From contig CM035350.1 in NCBI GenBank assembly GCA_020137815.1, forward strand, positions 1,302,001 through 1,366,000: a DNA stretch of 64,000 bases, given 5' to 3'. This document shows positions 48,961-63,118 of this stretch, piece by piece. This DNA comes from Hormiphora californensis. Taxonomy: Eukaryota > Animalia > Ctenophora. The notes under the pieces were generated by a model. That model was given only the letters and a program-made list of their open reading frames with translations, searched no databases and had not been told where the DNA came from. Made by a program: the position numbers and the translations under genes. Positions within the stretch are counted from its first letter, which is position 1; each line of letters begins with the position of its first letter.

Positions 48961-51307
48961 TATTTGTTGTATTTCAGTTTTTCGTTTCAAAAACAGCTTC
49001 TCACGAGTCAAATGCAGCCAACACAGAAACTCACAGCGGTAATAATAGTAGTGTAATAGTAGTAATAGTAGATTAAAAATCATGAGAACTATAGATATAC
49101 CTCTTTCGTTCTCTAATACACAGTGTCCAGTTGTTGTCTCGTCAATGTCTTTTGGCTATCTCTCTCTATGTACTCGCTCTCTCTTTTTCTCTCTCATTCT
49201 CTCTCTCTCTCTCTCTAACACGAAGTAAAGTATCATAGTGCATTTGTTAGCAAATAAATTACGCGGGATTAAACAGTGTATAATTAAGCCTAATTAGTGT
49301 GTAATTATGTGGATTATAACACACACACTCAGCAGCTCATATATAATAATGGGGTACATACAGACACACGCATACACACGCAGGGGGTAGATCTAGGATA
49401 CCGGGTCATATCGGGCACTTGGCCTAACTAGCTGCCACTCGTCTTGAGCCCCTGATCCTCCCTTGTTCTGCGAGAGGGGGGTTGGGGTGGAGATGTAGCT
49501 CAATAGTGGGGGTGGTGAAGGGCGTCACACAACGAATATAGAAGTGGGGGGTGGGGTTCAATCAATCAAATGTGCTTCACTCCACTCACACAGTTCACAC
49601 ACTAACGTACCTCTCACACTCCCGCTCATTACATAGGTGCCCATAGAGAGCTCTGCGGGGGATATATAAGATGATATCAGCACATACCGCTGTATCATGA
49701 TGAAGTGATATCAGCACGCCGTGGGTGGTAATCAAACCGATGCACACACACTCACACACACACACTGGCATGACAGGATATATATGTTGTACATGGGGAT
49801 ATTATAACGGGGGGAGGTTTATAGCACAGCGGCGAGCTTCACGTGGATATAACAAGTGCTCAAGTAGATCAGCATTGTAGGGGAGGGCACTCTGGATAAT
49901 AGTTTTGATAAAGGAGCAAACACACTGAAAGCATGGTATAGTGCAGCGACCGTTGAGCGTGAAAATATATGTAAGCGCTGAGGAGAGAGAGAGGAGGAAA
50001 ATAATCATCTTACCATTGTGGGGTATTTATAGTCGAGTAGTCTCCCGACTGAAAATATGCCGGATCTTAGGAGGGTCGGAGGGAGGGAGGGGGGTTGGCA
50101 GTAGCGCTTCAAATGATCTTAGGGGTGGGAGAGAGGGGCAGGGCAGTAGCGCTTAACATGTATAACCTTCTCAGTCCTCACACTAACTGGACAACAATAC
50201 ACGCTCTCACACAAACAAACAAACAATAATATAATACTCCCTCACACAAACAGACAATATTGTCAGTGTATAATTGTGTCTCTGTCAAACCAGTTCTTCC
50301 CCAGGGTGTTCACATAATTGTAATTACTTCGCTCGGTTCCAGGGAGTTCAATTTTCTAGAAAGCTCTGAGAGAGAGAGAGGGGGTCGGGGTGTTTAGCTG
50401 CTTTTGTGTGCTGGAATCATATCGTGCAGTGTGCTATTTTGTAATGCTGATGGGGGAGAAGGGTGTTGCCTATTCAAAAGGGAGGGATCCTGGATTAGTG
50501 CAGAGAAAAAAGCTGGACTAAAAAGGGGGAGCTGAGGGGACTAAAAAGGGGAATTGTGGGGCCTAGAAAGGAGCTATACCACTTACTAGGACTGGCCTTT
50601 ACTACCAACCGCCGTGGCATGTCTGCCCGACTCTGAGAAAATATTCCATAAATGACAATATCAGTTATAAGGGGGTGCAAAAATATCTTCTATACAAATC
50701 AAAAAGTTCAACTTCATTCAGTCCTTCAAAATATGTACAAGTGTTCTCCTTCTCCTATTATTTTGTCGCCCTAATATAATGTCAGTCTCTCTAACTCCCA
50801 CTAGGGATTATGAATGAGGTTGCTCCTGTCATTGTTGTTAAGTGTGTTGTTACGTGTACTACTGGCCCTGTCTGCCGTCCCAAATGTCTGTCCGTCAAGG
50901 CGTCGTGTGTCCTTAGAGAACTCCTCCATATCCACAGTGTTATACATTGCACCCTCCTTCTTGCCCTGTGTGTCAGTTAGGTTGTCAGTGTGTCAGTGTG
51001 TCAGCTAGTGCTTCACGATCAGATATATATAAAGTGTTCAGCTACAGTTAACACTCTCCATGGAGCTGCTGCTTCTAAAATATTATTAGATATACTCAGT
51101 GTATTTGTGATGGGTAAAATAAAAAGCTTTTATCGCACAAATTCACGTGTACAAAGTTCTCTACACTATCTCTAATACAAATGGTACTGTAAACATATCT
51201 GCGGAGGAGAGCTCGATATATGGTTATACGTCTAGATATATAACTTGTCAACAGCTCTCTTTTCTACAATTATATTTGTCCCTTTTTTAACATTGTTTTA
51301 ACATTGT

Positions 51308-52037
51308 CTAGAGGTGGGCATTGGTGGAGCCGATATCATCAACAGAGGCAGCTTTGTAGCACCGTGAAAATGGCCCGGAGTCAGAGGACTGAGAGGAGGG
51401 GGTAAACTAATAATATTGGGGGGGATAGAAGGGGGAGGGACATGCAAGTATATCTACTATAACAGGGGGTGCCCCTTATCATGCACATCACACTAAATAG
51501 TATTGTCTGTCACTTTGTCAGTCGGTCACATTGTCAGTCGGTCAGTATCATCATCATCATCATCATCAGTTTGTCGGTCTGTCTACTGTACATTGCTGTA
51601 GGTCGAGCCCCGTTTGTACCCATAACACATTCCACAACGTCGAGACTGCAGCAGAAAGAGGGTTACACATGCATAGAGACATACATACATACACACGCAC
51701 TCTCTACAACATCGAGTATAATATAACATATTGATCAAAGGAGGGGGCTTTGATCAAGAAACGGGTGGAATTTTATTTTGATCAGAGAGAGAAAAGAGAA
51801 GGTGTGAGCCACAGCTGCAGAGGAGGGAAGGCGGCGATGCAGGATCGGTGCGGTTGAAAAAAGCCCCCTCTGATTTTGAAAAATCTCTGGTTTAATTAAA
51901 AGAAAAGAGTAAATAATTTAGATCTCTCACTGTATAATTCAGAATTTTGTTAAATTTCTCCAGTTGATTTGGGGTGTGTGAGAATGTAAGTGATGATGTT
52001 ATGGGCTACCACCACTGAAAACACCACTGGGAACACG

Positions 52038-52115
<78 letters not shown>

Positions 52116-53409
52116 ATGAGGGGGCTTTTTTCACCAATACCGTGGAGAATCAGAGTATAATATCTCCATTTTGGACGCCACTGCATCCCACATTTAGTAG
52201 GGACGCTTCTTATTCACTGTAATAAGCGTACCTACCATCACATGTCACAATATATACGTAGCGCCAGAGAAGAGAGAGGGGGTGCTACATTTCTTACTCA
52301 CACACAGAGAGACATGATCATATAGAGAGAGCACAGAGATACATAATCAATACGGGCTGGCAGGGGCCAGGGTGGCCGTATAAACTGGCGGCAAGGCGCA
52401 CCCACCACCGCCGCTCTTCCTTCTCTGGTCGAATAGAGACTCAGTACTGTATCATAATACAGTGTCATAATACTGTTTCATAATACAGTATGTGCAGGTG
52501 CGGGTCACAGCGCGGCGGGCGGGGGATCAGGGACAGGGGTTCAACTTACCGAGCAGGAAATAACTAAACCGAGGGTCATGGCAATGAGCACAAAGACTGC
52601 TGCCATTCCTGAGAAGGCCCCTACAATAATCATTCGGGTGGTCTTCTCCTCGGCCTTGCTGTCCTCGTACTTGCCGTATGCCTGGAAGTGGAGGGGTGTT
52701 GGATGAGCAGGACGTGACTGATTACAGTGGGAGTAGTGTGTTTAAAGATAATTGTAATCTCAACTCGATCATGATTCAGGTAATATTAGGGATTGCATCA
52801 GAGGATAAATTCCAGGAGGGGAGGAAATTATTATGGGTGTGTGATAGTGCTATAACATTTATTGACATGGTAAGGGTGGGGTGTGAAATGGGAATATATA
52901 ATCATCCAGCTGCAGAGTTACCATGGTTACCGTACAGTTACATACCTCGACACCAAAGTAAGCGGTGACACCCAGTGCAGCGAGAGAGAAGAAGACGAGA
53001 ACGGCAATGTAGACAAACAAGTAGGGTCGGCTGTGGAGGCACTTGAAGGGCTTTCGGAGCTCTCCCAGGATGTTCTCTCCGGACACAATGATCTAATGGA
53101 GGGGAGGTTAGGGGAATACTGTGTTGGATCTGGGAGTTAGATCTGAGGAGATTGTAGAACCTGGTAGTAACTTGTTATTCTAGTAAAACTAACCTTCCTC
53201 TGGGCAAGGATCTGGAAGAGAGCGAAGAGGTAGAAGAGAGCGAGGAAGACGAAGATTCCCTCGATTCCCATGCAGTTGAAGACAGACAGTCCGTAGAAGC
53301 TCCTCAGAAGAGAGTACAGAGAGTACCCAGAGAATGTAACCAGAAGGACAATGAAAAGGAAGACGACCCAGACAAAAGTAGGGAAACAGATTGTCTTGCA
53401 ACATCCCTC
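51308..53409 (-). CDS. Small four-transmembrane protein (about 190 aa); in-frame ATG missing in this sequence
   Basis: Exons approx. 53409-53194, 53091-52945, 52681-52550, 51388-51308 join in phase 0 (EGCCKTICFPTFVW..QRK|IIVSGE..GVE|AYGKYED..ISCS|SSDSGPF..AHL*); four hydrophobic helices. Confidence 0.75.
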
Positions 53410-53573
53410 CTGTGGAATAAGAGATGGTTAGTTTAGGGTAGTTAGGGGGTGTGGTTGGTTATATTAGGAGGGTGCAGGTCGAGTGTGAGTGGGATGAGCC
53501 GCCAGTTTTTGGTGGAGTTTTGGAGGAGTGCGCGCGCGATCCTGTCTGACAGAGCACTGGTGCACTTGTCTCG

Positions 53574-53580
53574 TTTTATA
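53574..53580 (-). promoter_or_regulatory. TATA box of the 4-TM gene
   Basis: TATAAAA about 165 nt upstream of the first acceptor, a spacing similar to paralogues 2 and 3. Confidence 0.55.
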
Positions 53581-54043
53581 GGTGGTCGCGCGTTACAACA
53601 GGTTTTGGCTAAACAAAGCTCTGTTGTTGAGGGAGATGATGTATTTGCTGCTAATATGCACTGAGAGACATGACTGTATTGTTCCCGGTGGTAAGTCGGA
53701 CAAAAAATAGAAGGGAGAGGTATGCAGGGAGGGAGAGAGAGTGCAAGATCAAGCTAACTCAATTACACATTTTGTTTTAGATCAGCCGATAGTATCACGG
53801 TATGCGGTCGTCTTGAAAAGAGAGTGAGAGAAATGAAAAAGAAAAAATATATGGAGTTAGTGTGCCTGATTTACTAAGATCTCTCAATCTCTCTTTCTGC
53901 TATACAGAGTGTACGAAGATTTCCAAGAAGAAAATAAAGAGTAAGATGTTAAATATTCGTATATTTTGACATATTCTATCCCGGTTAGTGTCAAGAGACA
54001 TTACTATACATGAAGTATGGAATGGGAGAGGGAGAGAGAGAAA

Positions 54044-54106
<63 letters not shown>

Positions 54107-54110
54107 AAGG

Positions 54111-54232
<122 letters not shown>

Positions 54233-56023
54233 AAGTGAGTGAAAGATATGTGACAGTGAGATGATGACAGGAGATTTACTCAAAGCAGATATTGAAAGGA
54301 GACGTGAAATGTGAAATTTTCTTGTGAACAAGACATAAAATATTGCAGTGGTCCATCCTTCCTATATTTTTCATAATTATATGGTCTCTGCATACACTAC
54401 CCGTAAAAAGAAACTACTAATTATAAAATTACACTCCAGTTATACCGCAGAATTATTATGGCACACCGCACACTTCTGACACTTTTGTGTCAAAATGAAC
54501 ATAGGTATATTTAGTGTTTTGGCACACTAGATAATACATATCCAGATATCTCTCAGATATAAAGAAAGAGAAGTTGGTGATATATCTCTCGTGAGTAAGT
54601 TGACAAAAGGGGGACAGTGTTTGTGTAACTTGTTTATTTAGAGCTGCAGGCTGTTCGAGACGCCGTGAGAGTTACTTGGACACTCCGTTACGCTATTGGG
54701 ATAGTAAAACTAGGGAGAATCCGACTATTTAACCGGGACTTGGAAACAAATGATTTAGCCTTCTCGCTATACCCTGATTTGCCATTGTTCTGGAAAACAA
54801 ATAGTACTGTAGAATGTAACATGTATCATTGGAGCTGTATGCAGCTGACAGGTGCGGACACACACACTTCTCTATTCTTCCTTTTTCTCCACTGAACAAT
54901 ATATTCCACATTTAGCTGCCTGGTAACAAAGAGACCTCCCCCCCCCCCTGATGCTACTGCACACAGGTCCTTCCTCTCTTTCTCTCTCTCTCTCTCTCAA
55001 GTTTTTTTCAGAGAGTAGTAGAATGAGAGCTCAGTGCGGACATGGTCACTAAAGAAAGGCACATGTATAGGGAGATATTAGGGAGGGAAATGAGGCGAAC
55101 TACCTGCTGTGCTAAATGAAATCTTTCCTTCTCCTTTTCTATCCTTGTCCCAGGTACCTTCTCTCTGTCTCTGGACTATGAAGTGTGATCTTTCCTACAA
55201 TCCCTTTTATTCTATCTTCCCCTTCTATATTTTCTCCCCCATTGAATTCTCACTGCTGTTGACGGTATGTAATAATGTCGCGAATTAATTCCAGTTGACA
55301 CATGTACCGATCGGAATTTAGCGCTTCAATGTCAACCTAATATAGACCAACCAGTGCTCTAGGAGGCGGGAAAGAGAGGAATTAGAAATAGAGAGAGAGA
55401 TATAGAGGTACCTTCTCTCTAAAAGAGAGAGAGAAAGGCAGAGAGATGGAGAGAGGGAGTGTATTATATGTGGCATAAGGAAATAGATGAATATTATACA
55501 GACATCAGACATGCACACACACATATTATAATAGTAGGATACATTGGATAGAAGTAAGGGGAGAGATATATAAAGAAGGAGGGAGAGGGAGGGAGAGATA
55601 TATATAAAGAGGGAGGGAGAAACAAAGAATAGTAGAGCCATAATTTAATGTGTTACACAGATGGTCAGTGCACTGCAGCAGATAAGAGAGAACGAGAAAC
55701 AGATAGAGTGAAGCAGAGAAACCCGAGAAACAAATTTAAAACAAATATTTAAACCTAACTCCCGTGTGTGACGTGTCGATACGCATGTTTTAGGTGTGGT
55801 GGTTACCAAAATTCTAGGAACATGACGTTTACATAAAATTTTAATGATGAGAGAAATAAAACAGAAATTAAGACAGTGATCTCATCTCAGTTTGGCTGTC
55901 TTCAAACAGGTGATCTTACACATGTGCGTATTTCAATTACATACTGCCATTCCGACCTCCGAATGTGGTATAAACACAGAACAATGACATTGTACCCTTT
56001 TAAGAGGATAGAGAGAGAAAGAG

Positions 56024-56086
<63 letters not shown>

Positions 56087-58946
56087 AGAAGGGGTGCAAA
56101 AGGTGCTGCATGTTTATGTAATCCCCCGCCCAACCTAAGCAAACAATACCAAAATACCAAAGGGCGTGCAGTGTTACACATTGTTTACAGTATACACACT
56201 GATCACTCCCCACCCCATCATGTGAACCCTGATAGCAGCATTTATCCCACTCTATATTGAAAATTCTGTCTCTCTTTTTATATATCTCCTGCTTAGAACA
56301 GTGAATTCCAATGCATGAAACGCTCCAATACATTGTAATATCTACTCAATAGAAAATTTAGTGAGACAGAGAAAGAGGACTGACAGCTTAGAGAAGAAAG
56401 TCCAGTGAGAAAAAGATAGAGAGAAAGAGAGCAGAATAACGGGAGACAGACATTTTGACGGAAACTCATAGCAGACTTGATATTATAACGTGTACATATG
56501 ATAACTTACACACGACAAAGAGACAAATCACATTACGGGAGTGAGGGTGAGAGAGAAAGGGAGAAAGGAAGAGAGAGGGACAAAAAAGAAAGGGAGAGAA
56601 GAAGAGAGATAGATATGGAAAACGTTGCGGAAACGCTATATGGTTGTGGTGGTGGAATGGTGCGAAAATTCGTTTGAACAAAAACCACGCAAGCATATGA
56701 CCACAGGTTCTGACTTATTTAGAACTGTGGCCAGCAGGCTCTTTCCTTCATATGTGGCCACAGTCCACACACACACATAATTTAGTATGCTGCAAGGGGA
56801 ATTAGCATACTATATGAGTTAGTAACTCTTCCATTCCATTTATTCTTTTGACCATTCGTTCATCCTTCATTAACATCGTGCCGTTGAATCATTAGTTTTT
56901 AATAAAGCTAACCCAAATTTGATCTGATCATTGTGGGTGTTCTCCTGAGAATTAAATTTGAGTTTAAAAACATCGGAAACCGGTATTCGAATACAAAGAG
57001 GACTCGAACATGCTATTAGGGTTTGGGTACTTGATGAAAACCACTGTGTGTAGATTGAGTGTAAATGGAATATATGTACTTTGAGTAATATTAGAGGTTT
57101 AAGAGAGGGAGAAGATGGTAGGGGCGAGAAGACTGAGATTTTTGCTGTGAGATGACAGCTTGAGAAGTACCCAGAGAGAGAGAGATTAAGCATAAGGCGA
57201 AGCAGCTAATGGTAACATTACCAAAAATTCCATAGTGCATGACGCCTGAGAAAACTCAATTGGAATCACTTTGTAACCTATTCCAATTGACACCAAATTT
57301 GCCCATTACTTTCCTCTTCTTAAGTTTCATACCTACCTTCTATAAGGCTGTTTCAGTCCTCCTTTTCATCTAACTCTTTTCTTAACTCTGTTTGTGTGGG
57401 AAATGACAGTGGAATGAAATGAAGGAAACAAAAGATTGTAATCTAGGCTTTGGATCACGATTAGAGAAACTGAAAGGCTGGAGAGAATGGTGACAAGCAA
57501 AAGGATATCGATAGTGGGAAACGGAAACAATAGGGTCAACATCTTTATTTGTTGAGTCAAACATCTGCACCACCAATCAACTGGCAGCTACTGTAATTGA
57601 GACACTGTGATTCTGATTAATCTCAGTTTGAGGTATTAATTTTTTTTAGATTTGATGGTGACTAAGAATCTAGAAATATGTATACTGCACGAAGCATTGT
57701 GGTTTAATTACTGTGCTCTTCCCCGTTTATTTTCTTTGGAAAAGAGCTCTTTTTTTTATCTCCCCTATCCACCCTTTCATCTTTCTAAATTCTCCCTCTC
57801 TCTATCCAGTTACCCCCCAAACCCCTTCTTCTCTCATTTTTTCTCGCTCTCTCTTTTAAACCCCAAACAAAAGATCACTACCCAGCCTTGAGGCCTCCGA
57901 GAACCGTCCCTTAAATCACATAAAGCTTTTGAAAAACATCTCTGTAGTAACTAGAGGAGAAAGGAGAAAAGAGAGAGAAGGGGGGGGTTTTTTGGGGGGG
58001 GGTTTTTTTTTGGGGGGCCCTTTCTTTTCCCCTTTTTTTTTACTTTTGTTTTTCTTCCCTTTTGTTTTCTGGGTTCTTCTTTCCTTTCTTTTTTTCCCTT
58101 TTCGCCCCCTTTTCTAGGGGGTTAAAAGAAAATGTAAAATTGTTCCTTCTTTCCTTCGGGCTATCAAAGGGGAGTTATAATTTCCCCCCGCAAAGGATCA
58201 TCTTGTTTTATGATCATGTTTTTCCCTTCTCCCATTTTATTCCCACACCTTCCCCCATTCCCCAAAAAAGGAAAGACTGAGCGGGAGAACTAAAGGTGAT
58301 TTTAAATTTGAGCCTCTACATTGGGGTTCAAAACGGAATCGGGTCCTGTGTCAGGTTTCGAGGACCCTCAGGGTCCAGCTTTAACATGAAGTCCCCTTAC
58401 CCGGTTTTTCAAGTAAAAAACAACTTCAGTCCCCTAAACCGAAATTCAAGAGAACATTTATTACCTTTAATGTTCGTAGGTTAACGTAAATTTGGGAAAA
58501 AAAAGGGGTTTTTAGGGATAAAATCAAGTTGTTTGTATGGTTTTTTTCGGGGGAACCACACGGTGTTACAAGCCTCTCTTCCGGTTTTTTTTCTTTTACA
58601 AAAATTTTAACGATATCGCTACCTTTTATGTTTTCGATTTCTATTTTAAGTCTATCTAGCTATCCCTTTTAAAAGCCTGCGTAATTTATTTCTCTTTGAT
58701 CGTAAATGAGTACAACTGCTTCCCCTATATAAGGATACTAACGAATTTACAGCTTTTTTATCTCTCTAATTCTTTTTATCACGAATTTCTCTCCCTCTCT
58801 CTCTCTCTGAGAATCTGTAAAAAAGCCTGCCAGTTACTGTAGTGATGACACTGCTGGGAGATACGGGATTTTAAAAAGATGAAAAGTGAGAGAAGAAGAA
58901 TGCAGTAGAGAGAGGAGAGGAGAGAGAAGAAGGAGAAGAGAGAGAG

Positions 58947-58983
<37 letters not shown>

Positions 58984-59451
58984 TCTGAGAGTCTCTTCTC
59001 TCTCTCTCTCATCCTCTCTCTCTCCTTCTCTCTGCCTCTCTCTCTAGCTCGCTCTCGCTCGAGATGAGCTCAGAAAACTATCGACATGTTATGTAAGTTG
59101 CACTGCTGTCAACTGTTAGTTTGCAAATTAGATCCAGTGTTTGTGGAGCTTTGGAATAGTTCATTATATCCCACAAACAGATAGAGTACAGACAGGGTAC
59201 AGACAGACAGGGTACAGACAGACAGACAGCCATTATAGACTATAGTAGTTGTGTCTGCATCATGGCTTGTGTGAGAAGACTTTTCTATTCACAAAGCGGC
59301 GGGTATATTCCTATTGACGTCAGTGCATTATAATTCAGGTTGTGTGAGTGCAGATCTTGGGCACTAAAAATACTGATAAGCCAAGCAAGTATAGATCTGT
59401 GTGTGTGTGGGTAATCTTGTGATAATCAGGTGTCCTGGCATCAACACTTAC

Positions 59452-60110
59452 ACTGTCAGAAGAAGATCGGCCGAATCGGAGGCGGGGCATTAGAAGGGTG
59501 AAGGGCGCAATCATCAGAAATACACCTCTGAAAATTAGGGGACAATTTTGTAAATCTCAGAAATTGTTTAATATATTGCCAAGAAGTGCTTATAAATCTT
59601 GTAAGAATACTCTAGAATAGGAATGTGTGGTACAGTGTATATTGCGGTGCTCTTACCCTACAAGTAGTCCCTGGTGGAGGAATGCAGCGTAGTTATAGCT
59701 CATCAGGTAATCCTGACTTGTCCCATCTGCCTTGTCGCCATACCCCAGATCCCAGGCCATGTAGAATAGGAGGGCACTGAATACCCAGGCCCCGATAATG
59801 TACAGGGGTAGTGTGACAATGGGGAAGTATTTAGCGAAAATGTAGACTGTCTGGAAGTAGAGCTTTAGTATCATTATGATTCCTGAAGAGAGAGAGGGGG
59901 GATTATTATAAAACATTATAAAAATCTCTCTTTGATATTAAGTGAGTAATGAGGTAAGAATAAGAAGAGTAGTGAGGTACCTATGGCTATAAGGAGGTAG
60001 GTAAAGGATATAAGGATTATCTCTGCGGTCTTGTCATCTCCAGTCACCCAATCTTTAAACCCGGAGGTCAGGTCGGAGAAGTTCTTGGGAACAATACCAC
60101 CCTCTGCCAT
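59452..60110 (-). CDS. Small multi-TM membrane protein (3' exon unresolved)
   Basis: Exons 60110-59981, 59882-59657, 59527-59452 in phase (MAEGG..LIAI|GIIMIL..GLLV|GGVFLM..SSSDS followed by GTAAGT); three hydrophobic helices. Confidence 0.7.
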
Positions 60111-60193
60111 GATGGGACCTATACAAAGTTATGTAACTACCATAAAAAGTAACTACCATAAAAAGTAACTACCATAAAAAGTTATGTAACTAC

Positions 60194-60238
<45 letters not shown>

Positions 60239-60955
60239 ACTACCATTATCAAGACCATGATAAATAACGGGCAAAAATCTGAGATGAATTTTTCAAGCTA
60301 GTGACAATAAATTGGGTCGATGATTAAGCTTTAAATTTATTCAAATTCGCATGCACTAATAACGGACGGTCCGAGATTCTTAATATGGTCCGTTACGGAC
60401 CATATTAAGATTTAAGGCAGCCTATCTGCTGTCCTGCCTTACGCTTCAGAATCTCATTGGGTCATGGTTAGGTCATAAGGGGTGATCACATAACCAACGG
60501 AGGCCCAACACATGTGTTCCGTCGTACATAATTTTTAAGGGGAAACTAATTTTGGCAAAAAATCACCAAAAATGTTAAATGTGTACGGAAAATGGGCAAA
60601 TATTCTGTGTATTATCGGTCAGGAAATGTACTCTATATTCTCTGTTGGTCAATACTCAATCGGAAACTCAATCGGAGAAACTTGCCAGAACAAAGCTGTA
60701 AATCTTTTCAAAAAATTTGTGAAAATTCCACGTCCGCTGACTTTGAAAAGCAAAGATGCAATGAAATTTCAGCGCGCGGCTTAGAATAAGTTAAAATTTG
60801 GCAGCGCTGTTAAAAAATTACCGAACACAGCTCGCGCGTTCCATTTTGCGCGCAGATGGGCGTCGCGACTTTCGTTTTTTCCAACTTGTCGCTTATTCAA
60901 ACTCGAAAAATGAAAAATGTCAAAATTTGGATAAAGTTCGTCAATTTTGTTGAAA

Positions 60956-62380
60956 CGGAACTGACGAATTTAAGAACAACTTCGTATCCGAAAAGGTGGA
61001 GGATTGGGTGAACCAAGTACGAACACTGTCCCAGATCGCTGCTACGGAACCACAGTGTGCTTACAGTGGGTATACCTTCGGTCTGTCCAAGAAATGGCTT
61101 TTTCTGATGCGACTACAGAGGGGATTGAAGAACAGTTTGCACCTCTTGAGAACATGATCAAGTCATCTTTCATTCCAGCCCTTATGGGTTCCAACACCCC
61201 TAGCCATCTGAGGTATATTGCTGCCCTACCTGCTCGAGACGGCGGGCTAGCTATCCCCATCCCAACTACACAGGCTAGTGCTGAATTTGCGAACTCTACA
61301 CAGGCTACAGAACCCCTGAAACAGCTGATCCTTGAACAATCTCTTCTTATCAGCGAAAAACGTGCTGATTCATGCCTTTGGGAAGCGAAGGGAGCGAAGG
61401 GCAGTGTATTAAAACTTAAACGTACTATTCAAAATGCCGAAAAACAACAGGCATGTTCACTTCTGTCTGGTACTGACAGGCGTTTATTCGATGAAATATC
61501 ATCGAGAGGAGCTTCAAGCTGGTTAACAGCTTTGCCTTTGAAGGAGCACGGTTTCGTCCTAAATAAACAACAATTCCGGGACGCCATTCTGCTGCGATAC
61601 AACCTTCCCCTTGAAGATGTACCCGCTGCATGTGCTTGTGGCAAGGCGAACACTTTGGAGCACTGTCTCTCGTGTGCCCTGGGAGGTTACGTGTATTTAC
61701 GGCACAATAACATCCGAGACCTCACAGCTAACATCCTCGTGGAAGCCGGCTGCAAGGACGTTCGCATTGAGCCGCAGCTCCTACCCATAACTGGTGAAAC
61801 ATTCCAATACCGTTCTACTAACACTGCTAACAGTGCCCGTTTGGATGTTTCTGCCCGTAATGTGTGGAGTGACTTGGACAAAGTTTACACTGACATCCGT
61901 GTATTCAACAGTCTTGCGCCAACCAACATCGGCAAGTCTCTCCAGGACACTATGAGGAGACACGAGAGGGAAAAGGTTTTGAATTACAACGACAGAGTCC
62001 TTCAGGTCGAGAAGGCAACTTTCACACCTCTAGTCTTCTCAACAACTGGGGTTATGGGCCCCCAAGCGGAGGTGTTCTACAAGAAGGTTGCTAAACTTTT
62101 ATCAGACAAAACGGGACATACTTACAACGATGCCATCCGGTACATTCGTCTCCGTCTGTCTTTCTCGCTGCTGAAGACCATTCTCATCGCCATCAGGGGG
62201 TACAGGGGCAATAAATGGACACATTTTTGTAGCAAAACAAACGATTTTCACCTTATTATCTGATTTATTTATACTTAACTTATTACACCCGTAAGAGTAA
62301 ATTTTATTTTTATATCTATTCATGTAAATAATATTGTACTGACATATTTTCTATTTGAACCGGTACCCCGGCCTTCGCAA
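60956..62380 (+). mobile_element. 5'-truncated CRE-like non-LTR retrotransposon, one frameshift near 61110
   Basis: GTDEF..KVEDWV..EPQCAYSGYTFGLSKKWLFLMR, then shifted frame GGLAIP, GASSWLTALP, CACG..HCLSC, RHN, RLDV..YTDIR, FTPLVFS. A 13-bp direct repeat AATTTTGTTGAAA lies at 60943-60955 and 62381-62393. Confidence 0.88.
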
Positions 62381-63118
62381 AATTTTGTTGAAAAGCGCTG
62401 CCTTATCCCTATCGGGGGCCAGCAACGTTTGCCAATCAATTTTGTCGGTCTGAACTGCCGACGGGTTAGCTGTTAGGGCTTCTCTCTAGGAAAATTATGA
62501 TTATCTATCAAATGATCTTATCAATCGTCTTATCAATCGTGCATTTAGGCTTTCGCACTCACTCACTTCACAGTGGTGCTTCGTCACATTTGCCGCCTGC
62601 GTAGACCGCTAAACTTCAATGCTTTCTATGCGCTAAGTAGTTGTACTCCGTATAATGACAAACAATCAATTTTAGCGGTCAATCTATGTCGTAGACCGCG
62701 TTGTAGTCCCCGTCAGCCGTCATAGACCGCGTCGCAGGCTACGCTATGCAGGCTGCCCGCTGCCATTATGACGGAGCACCATGACTGTCATCACAAGACA
62801 CAAGTTGTTGTGATTCACAACAAACTTTCATAAAACTTTGATAAACTTTGATAAAACTTTCACAATATTATTTAAACAGTGAACTTATTTAAAACAGAGA
62901 ACTTATTTAAAACATGCTTGTTTTAAACAACTAAATTACGTACCCTGGATTAAAAACCATATGGTAAAATGTGTCATTGTTACTGAGAAATAACAAATAT
63001 ATCCACTATGTATGACGTTACTTGTCACAATGTTTGAAATCTGAAACTCTAACAACCATACCCCTATTATATATTAGATGGAGATGTAGAGAAAGAAGGG
63101 GTACATGTAATGTAAGAT

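Noticed and set aside
57650-59070. Homopolymer-rich tract with Phe/Leu-rich ORFs
   Set aside because: Pattern typical of unpolished, low-coverage sequence; no gene can be supported.
62815-62920. AAACTTT../TTTAAAC repeats (and TTTGAG|GTA at about 57630) as SL RNA genes
   Set aside because: No complete leader, donor and Sm-site arrangement; cannot be verified without the species' SL sequence.
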